Source: an uncultured virus (IMG/VR IMGVR_UViG_3300004481_000138) (lineage: Duplodnaviria; Heunggongvirae; Uroviricota; Caudoviricetes). Taken from it: a stretch of DNA of 20,000 nucleotides. Location of the stretch: the IMG/VR virus record IMGVR_UViG_3300004481_000138. One strand, 5' to 3'. The translations under genes were made by a program, and so were the position numbers. Below, in pieces: positions 14,409-20,000 of this stretch (position 1 is the first letter of the stretch; every line of letters starts with the position of its first letter). The notes beneath the pieces are model-generated. The model saw only the letters and a list, made by a program, of their open reading frames with translations, did not search any database and had not been told where the DNA came from.

Positions 14409-14594
14409 TTATACCTCAAATCTTGAACTACTAATATCATGAATGGTTACAGAATTAATTATACCATCATTCCATCTTACAATATATCTTCCATACTTAT
14501 CTCTACCTCTTACAACTATACCTTTTTTTCCAAAAGTTTGGGCATAACTACTTATACCTTTAACCTTCGTTCCTGGTTGAAACCATTTAGCCAT
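14409..14594 (-). CDS. Small SH3/KOW-like protein
   Basis: FQPGTKVK...GKKGIVV...YIVRWNDG. Confidence 0.6.
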   Translation of the reverse strand: MAKWFQPGTKVKGISSYAQTFGKKGIVVRGRDKYGRYIVRWNDGIINSVTIHDISSSRFEV

Positions 14595-14597
14595 TTT

Positions 14598-14729
14598 TTA
14601 AATCACTATAGGAACCAAATATGCACCATTCCAATAATGCTGTATATGGTTATTGTGACATATTAATACACCATCTTCAGCCCGCACATGGAAATAAATA
14701 ATTCCACATACCTGACATGCTCTATTCAT
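14598..14729 (-). CDS. 43-aa Zn-ribbon microprotein
   Basis: CQVCG...LICHNNH; GGAGGT SD. Confidence 0.6.
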   Translation of the reverse strand: MNRACQVCGIIYFHVRAEDGVLICHNNHIQHYWNGAYLVPIVI

Positions 14730-14731
14730 TT

Positions 14732-14926
14732 TCATACCTCCAATTTAATCCCTTCAACTTTTATTTTTTCAAATTCAAAATATTGTTCAGGGACTTTATT
14801 TAATGAATATAAATTTGGTAAGGACTTAGATTTACATCTATTACAAACATCACTTGGCGGTGATATTTTTTGGCTAATCTTTCTATGGCATACTCCACAA
14901 GTCCATCTTGATTGATATTTGTTCAT
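14732..14926 (-). CDS. Zn-ribbon protein
   Basis: CGVC...CNRC. Confidence 0.7.
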   Translation of the reverse strand: MNKYQSRWTCGVCHRKISQKISPPSDVCNRCKSKSLPNLYSLNKVPEQYFEFEKIKVEGIKLEV

Positions 14927-15147
14927 AACATAAACGCCTCTTCAGATTTACAATAATCATTATATTCAGTATCTGTAAATATTGTAATGTTACCATTATC
15001 ATAAAAGTCATATAAAAACTTCTTCCACTGCTTAACCATATCTTCATCATAATCATAAAAATTATCTTCAATAACTATTGTGGCTTCGGTTGATGGTATA
15101 CCAACACTTCTATCACCACCACCAAATATATGAAATGTTTCTTTCAT
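14923..15147 (-). CDS. Acidic hypothetical protein
   Basis: GDRSVGI motif; AGGTGA SD. Confidence 0.7.
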   Translation of the reverse strand: MKETFHIFGGGDRSVGIPSTEATIVIEDNFYDYDEDMVKQWKKFLYDFYDNGNITIFTDTEYNDYCKSEEAFML

Positions 15148-15278
15148 TTTTTCACCTTATATTATCCTAATCACTTTACCTTTCTTTGATGCATCTTCAA
15201 GCCTTTTAATTCCTTCCTCATCATTATTTTCTATTGCTTCTAAAAGGCTTTCATATTTCTCATCTTTGTATTCTTCAT

Positions 15279-15557
15279 TCATTTTATCTCAACCTCTGAT
15301 GTATCAAAACCTTCATCTTTTAATAATTGTATTGCTTCCTTTGGAAGCTCAAACACTCCGTCATACTCAACAACTTTTTTATCCTTAACCCAAATTCCAA
15401 TTTCAACTATTTCCTCATATACTCCTTCACCAACAATCCATTCAATTAAATATGAAGATTCTATATGATGTAATTTCATGGTTTGTTTTTGCATTCCTAA
15501 ATCTTCAATTACTCCATATGCAGTCTCTCTAACTACTTGTGATTGGAATTCTTTCAT
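15279..15557 (-). CDS. Hypothetical protein
   Basis: EIGIW...EYDGVFELPKEAIQLL..GF. Confidence 0.75.
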   Translation of the reverse strand: MKEFQSQVVRETAYGVIEDLGMQKQTMKLHHIESSYLIEWIVGEGVYEEIVEIGIWVKDKKVVEYDGVFELPKEAIQLLKDEGFDTSEVEIK

Positions 15558-15668
15558 TTTATCTCAACCCACTTCCATTCACTTATTAAATCCTTAATTG
15601 AGTTTTCTGCAATAATTGGGTCAATATCCTCATCATCATATGTCAAAATTATTTGTCTTTTTGCCATC

Positions 15669-15896
15669 TTATTTCACCTTTATTGTTCCATCAACATCCT
15701 TCATAATCTCTACAAAGTATGAACGTTTAGGATGATTGGTTACAACAACTCTTTCACCAACTTCCATCTCCTGTGTTGTAAAGACACGAGGATTTATAAT
15801 AGAAGGGTCCTCAATCATTATACTTTCTCCTTTTTGTATAGCCTCTTTCAGAGACTTCTTTGTTGGATATAATGTTAGACTTACTATGCATGTCAT
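15669..15896 (-). CDS. Virus-type conserved hypothetical protein (start MTCIV)
   Basis: YPTKKSLKEAI...TNHPKRSYF; GGAGGT SD. Confidence 0.75.
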   Translation of the reverse strand: MTCIVSLTLYPTKKSLKEAIQKGESIMIEDPSIINPRVFTTQEMEVGERVVVTNHPKRSYFVEIMKDVDGTIKVK

Positions 15897-16158
15897 TTTA
15901 TACCTCCAATTCTTTTGCTTCAACATAAATACAATATCCATCATCTAAGGTTAGTTCAACCCATTGCTTATTGGTTGTAACTCGTTGGTTAATTATTTTT
16001 CTTCCAATTAAATCTCTTACCATTTTAATCCTCCTTAGTTAAGCCATATTTCATATCTCGTATTTTGTGAGTGTAATAACTCCAAGTGATTAGCCAACCA
16101 CTAATTAGCCCAAACATACAACCAAGTATCCAAGATGTTAAATCCATCTTAATTCTCC

Positions 16159-16548
16159 TTATACATTCTTTTGAATGTATAATGTAGTTGAACGCCCTTC
16201 CTTTCTCTTCATTACTTTAGGTGCATTTGACAGTTTGTTATAGAACATATAATTCACTGTCTTATCATCCAACTCTGGATAGTCCTTACGTATTGAAGAA
16301 ATAGTTACTTGAAAACCCATTTGAAGTTTCTTATACTGTTCCTCAATCTTCTCTAATACTGAACCATTTACTGCTGTTCTCGTTCTTGTTCTAACTGTTG
16401 AGGCTGGGTCAAGCTCCTTTATTGCCTCTTCTATTTGATGTGCAGCTTCTCGTAGTTTGTTAGCCACATTCAAATATCTTTCTTTAAGGTTGTCATATTT
16501 AACAGCCTTCTCACTCAGTTCTTCTACCTGTTTTAGTAAGTCCACCAT
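16159..16548 (-). CDS. Coiled-coil protein with possible wHTH C-terminus
   Basis: N-terminal heptad pattern; AGGTGA SD. Confidence 0.75.
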   Translation of the reverse strand: MVDLLKQVEELSEKAVKYDNLKERYLNVANKLREAAHQIEEAIKELDPASTVRTRTRTAVNGSVLEKIEEQYKKLQMGFQVTISSIRKDYPELDDKTVNYMFYNKLSNAPKVMKRKEGRSTTLYIQKNV

Positions 16549-16553
16549 TTGTC

Positions 16554-16718
16554 TCACCTGTTTATCCTTATACTTTCAGGTATAGGACTTCTTAACATCT
16601 GAACAACCTTCTGGGTTGCCTCAGGAAACTGTCTTTGTTCAAAGTTTAATTCCATTCCTTGAACAAAATGTATATCTCCACTCAAAGAAATTATTTCAAT
16701 ACGTGGTTGTTTGTTCAT
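16554..16718 (-). CDS. Hypothetical protein (start MNKQPR)
   Basis: GGAGG SD downstream of the promoter at 16765. Confidence 0.65.
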   Translation of the reverse strand: MNKQPRIEIISLSGDIHFVQGMELNFEQRQFPEATQKVVQMLRSPIPESIRINR

Positions 16719-16740
16719 TTTATCCTCCAATATATTTTTA

Positions 16741-16787
16741 TGACTAACGATATAAAGTTTAACATATTTAAATAGTTTACGGATTTT
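16741..16787 (-). promoter_or_regulatory. Promoter with 23-bp conserved downstream element
   Basis: AAAATCCGTAAACTA-TTTAAATA, then GTTAAACTTTATATCGTTAGTCA. Confidence 0.75.
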
Positions 16788-16815
16788 ACTATCATACAGT
16801 GACAACAATATGAAA

Positions 16816-17085
16816 CTATATTATTTTCCACTCCTCTGTATTAGGAATACAATCAACAATATATTGAACTTCACAAAGGTTATTACTATCAGTCTCCTCA
16901 GCCAACACCATAGTGCCCCAAACATAAAGTTCATCACCTAACAAACTATTCATAAGTATTCCAATTACTTTTGTATTATCTTTATTTAAGGCTACAACCT
17001 TAATCCAGAAACTCTCTCGTTTATAATGAACTTTTAATTCCTTATTTGAATTAATGTAACCTCTGTCTTCTCCATATTCAATCAT
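16816..17085 (-). CDS. Hypothetical protein
   Basis: ESFWIKV...GILMNS; AGGTGA SD. Confidence 0.7.
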   Translation of the reverse strand: MIEYGEDRGYINSNKELKVHYKRESFWIKVVALNKDNTKVIGILMNSLLGDELYVWGTMVLAEETDSNNLCEVQYIVDCIPNTEEWKII

Positions 17086-17097
17086 TTCATATCACCT

Positions 17098-17283
17098 TTA
17101 TACTTTATAAGATTTTCTACAATCTTTACAAAGGCCATTACTTGGCAATCTTTTTTTACAATCAGGACAGATAGGATATTGCTCCCACCAAGGCATACAT
17201 ATTCCACAGTGGTCAATTCTTCCTGCAACTGCTGGTGAATGCGCCTCTCCATTACACTTAATCCAAATTGCTTCTTGTTCCAT
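17098..17283 (-). CDS. Cys-rich Zn-binding protein (start MEQEAIW)
   Basis: KCNGEAH...DHCGICMP...CPDC...CKDC. Confidence 0.7.
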   Translation of the reverse strand: MEQEAIWIKCNGEAHSPAVAGRIDHCGICMPWWEQYPICPDCKKRLPSNGLCKDCRKSYKV

Positions 17284-17479
17284 TTTAATCATTTCCATCA
17301 TTATCATTTTTTTCAATTATTTTAAGAATAAAAAATGTAGTATCATCATCTTTTGATGATACACCAAGAATAATTTCTTTTGCTTCTTTTTTACTATTAA
17401 ATATATCATCCTTATAACTAATAAATTCACCTTTCTTATTTTGTGTCATTATTCGATACTTCATTTTAATTCCTCCAAT

Positions 17480-18949
17480 TTATATCTTTTCTCTTATCAT
17501 ATATAATGCGTTCTTTGAACGTGTCAAGGCCACATATAAGATATTATACTCTTGTTCTATCTCCTCATCTGTCTTAGCCATAGGGTGTGGCATCCTATCT
17601 CTATTAATAATGAATACAGTATTTGATTGTAAACCTTTAGCCCTATGAACTGAGGAACATATGATACCTTCCTTATCATCACTAAATATGTTTTCAATCT
17701 TTCTCTTAACCTCCTCAATAGTATCGCAGTCTTCCATTACTGCAAAGATAGTTTCAATACAATCAATATTTGTGATAATACTATTCTTCTTCTTATTATC
17801 ATACTTGCCTTTCTCTATCAAAGCAAGTTTATCATCATTAAGTTTTTTGAATGCTTCCAATTTTAAATACAAGTCACCCAAATCGTTTGCCTTATATTTC
17901 TCAATCATTTTAATTAGGTTGGCTCCAATATCTCTTCCTCTTATTACTGCCTTCTTACCATTCCTTATTAATGTAAAGGCAACTTTGATAAGTGGAGCAT
18001 TAGTCCTGCACAATATTAAATCTTTATCTTGTGCCAGCTCAACAGCATCAAGTAAATTAACACTATCAACAATTCCTTCCTCGGCAAAGTCTGATGGTTC
18101 AATCTCAGGCACAATCTCCTGTGCCAATACTATATGAGACTTAGGACATCTATAACAAATAGATAATGGTAGCTCCTTAGCATTAAACTCTAAACGAAAG
18201 TTATCCATACTATTTGTATCAGCTCCTCTGAACGCATAAATACTTTGGCGTTTATCACCAACAGCAATCACTCTTGTTTGCTTACTACAAATCCTTTTAA
18301 TCAATTCAAACTGTGTCCTGTTCAAGTCTTGGCTTTCATCAACTAATACCCAATCATAGTTTCCATTAGCCAGATTAAGTATAACAGGAAGATATATCAT
18401 ATCATCAAAATCAATCTTAGCAGTATTAGAATTATTCTTTTCTATGATACGCCTTATGGCTAACATCATCCTATCATTAATATCATCAGTAATGTTAAAT
18501 CTTTCCTTAACATCTTCCAACTGTTCCAAGTTGGTATAATCAATTAAAGTATTCTTAATAAGTGGAATAATACGTTTAAGAAAAGTATAGTAGTCTCCTC
18601 TTTGGTTTGCCTCAACATCTTCTAACTCACTTTCAATTAACGCCCCAACCTTATTAGTATCAATCTCAGGATTCAAACCGTTATTCCTAAAGAATGATAA
18701 ACCTAAACTATGAAGTGTTCTTGCTTCCACGTGCCTTGGAACTTTGGATTTAAGTTCATCGGCTATGGCTTTATTGAAAGCCACGAACACACATTTCTTA
18801 TCAATAGGTATAAGCTTGGTAGCATCAATAATAGTTGACGTCTTGCCACTACCCGCCACAGCTTGTATGACTGCGTTGCCAGTTCCGTTGCCAACCCAGT
18901 CATATATAGCCTGTTGGTATTTGCTTATCTTGTATATATGTTTATTCAT
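17480..18949 (-). CDS. UvrD/Rep-like SF1 helicase
   Basis: AVAGSGKT, DESQD, VGDKRQSIYAFRGA, YRCP, HRAKGLQ, YVALTR. Confidence 0.95.
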   Translation of the reverse strand: MNKHIYKISKYQQAIYDWVGNGTGNAVIQAVAGSGKTSTIIDATKLIPIDKKCVFVAFNKAIADELKSKVPRHVEARTLHSLGLSFFRNNGLNPEIDTNKVGALIESELEDVEANQRGDYYTFLKRIIPLIKNTLIDYTNLEQLEDVKERFNITDDINDRMMLAIRRIIEKNNSNTAKIDFDDMIYLPVILNLANGNYDWVLVDESQDLNRTQFELIKRICSKQTRVIAVGDKRQSIYAFRGADTNSMDNFRLEFNAKELPLSICYRCPKSHIVLAQEIVPEIEPSDFAEEGIVDSVNLLDAVELAQDKDLILCRTNAPLIKVAFTLIRNGKKAVIRGRDIGANLIKMIEKYKANDLGDLYLKLEAFKKLNDDKLALIEKGKYDNKKKNSIITNIDCIETIFAVMEDCDTIEEVKRKIENIFSDDKEGIICSSVHRAKGLQSNTVFIINRDRMPHPMAKTDEEIEQEYNILYVALTRSKNALYMIREKI

Positions 18950-19094
18950 CCTATCTCCTTTATATCCTTACACAATCTTTATAATCACATAGTGATTTTA
19001 ATACAGTATATTATATACCCACACATGAATCACCGCTTAATTCTCAATTAACCGGTGAACAATAACATGATATAGTATAGTATTAAAAGTTTAT

Positions 19095-19141
19095 TGACTA
19101 ACGATGTAAAGTTTAACTTATATATAAAGTTTACGACTTTT
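19095..19141 (-). promoter_or_regulatory. Promoter with 23-bp conserved downstream element
   Basis: AAAAGTCGTAAAC-TTTATATA, then GTTAAACTTTACATCGTTAGTCA. Confidence 0.78.
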
Positions 19142-19244
19142 GTAACCACGTAGTGACTACACTATGAAAGTAAGTTGATAAGTATATCATATCTAAGTTC
19201 AAGTTCAAATTTAGATTTTAGATTTAGGAATTGAAATAGGAATA

Positions 19245-19283
19245 GATGATGATTTATATAAGGGATGATGATTTATATAAGGG
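19245..19283 (+). repeat. Perfect 19-bp tandem repeat x2 containing TTTATATA
   Basis: GATGATGATTTATATAAGG at 19245 and 19264. Confidence 0.85.
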
Positions 19284-19353
19284 TAACACAATAGGAACAC
19301 TATCCAATACTGTTACCCGTATAGAAAGATTCTTTCATCTACCTTCTATAGAT

Positions 19354-19407
19354 GAAAAAAGAAAAAGAGAAAAAGAAAAAAAACAATCCCCCTTACTTTG
19401 GGGATTG
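19354..19407 (-). terminator. Hairpin + long U/C tract terminator
   Basis: CAATCCCC/GGGGATTG hairpin spanning the stop codon, followed by TTTTTTTTCTTTTTCTCTTTTC. Confidence 0.7.
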
Positions 19408-19740
19408 TGCCTTAGGCATTATCTTCAAGACATCATCTGTCTCTTCAACCTTGTAAGTTGACCACCAACCAGGCGGGTTGCTGTTCTTGCCACGCTCACT
19501 TGTGATACAGCCTATGATAGCTCCTATCTGAGCAGTCACATGCTCTACCGTGATTGCCTTGCCTTTGATGTTCTTCGTAATCCCCTTCCTTGCGAGATGG
19601 GCTACGACCTTCTGTGCTAATTCACTTCTGCTCTTAGCACCAGCAGGTGCCAATTCACGGACGGTGTCCGCGATTGTAACCTTAGGCTTGGCTTTTGCGG
19701 CCTCCGCCTTCTTGTCAACTACTTTCTTGTCTTCTGCCAT
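19393..19740 (-). CDS. Lys/Ala-rich basic protein, possibly DNA-binding (start MAEDKK)
   Basis: GGAGG SD; strong terminator; basic composition. Confidence 0.75.
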   Translation of the reverse strand: MAEDKKVVDKKAEAAKAKPKVTIADTVRELAPAGAKSRSELAQKVVAHLARKGITKNIKGKAITVEHVTAQIGAIIGCITSERGKNSNPPGWWSTYKVEETDDVLKIMPKAQSPK

Positions 19741-19935
19741 TTTTGGCCTCCGTGTCCTTATGGACATACGTTTCAAGCGGATTTGAATAATGTTATTATT
19801 CAAACCCTAATACATTACTTAAATTCAAAGTAATGTATTAAGCACATATACAGCAACTTTGAAAGCTGTTGTGTATACATACACAACAATCAGTAAAGTT
19901 GCTTTTACTGTGCTAATTTTAGTAATGTCTATTAG

Positions 19936-19955
19936 TTTATAAAGATTACGCTTTT
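19936..19955 (-). promoter_or_regulatory. BRE+TATA promoter
   Basis: AAAAGCGTAATC-TTTATAAA. Confidence 0.6.
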
Positions 19956-20000
19956 TTTGCTAGTCTAAAATATATATTATAATATATATATTGTATTATA

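Noticed and set aside
4304..19786. Plus-strand ORFs in the track (e.g. 4304, 7410, 11961, 17661, 19246, 19550)
   Set aside because: Mostly antisense shadows of well-supported minus-strand genes; no recognisable motifs.
1..20000. Borg element
   Set aside because: Lacks the multi-copy perfect tandem repeat tracts typical of Borgs in this window; cannot be fully excluded, since no virion genes are visible either.

Overview
AT-rich window with essentially all genes on the minus strand, most likely part of a large archaeal virus or related extrachromosomal element. The archaeal assignment rests on: tRNA introns with bulge-helix-bulge (BHB) motifs at 37/38; archaeal identity elements (Tyr C1:G72 with a short variable loop, Gln and Met A1:U72); repeated BRE+TATA promoters (AAAATCATAAAC-TTTATATA); GGAGG/GGTGA Shine-Dalgarno motifs; and a TFB-like gene. 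The left 4 kb holds two compact tRNA arrays (6 + 18 = 24 tRNAs, 4 with introns) flanking an HNH nuclease and a metallophosphoesterase. The rest is a run of small early-type genes: a DUF6745 pair, a HExxH protease-like protein, a TFB core, a GNAT, a SWIM protein, many Zn-ribbon microproteins and a UvrD-like helicase. The most unusual signals are: (1) a promoter-driven tandem array of covarying hairpin RNAs with constant scaffolds and 24-nt variable loops, cut off by the left window edge; (2) a circularly permuted, anticodon-less tRNA-like RNA inside the tRNA array; (3) systematic C33 and A34 anticodon loops. All calls were made by eye; no database searches or folding programs were run.
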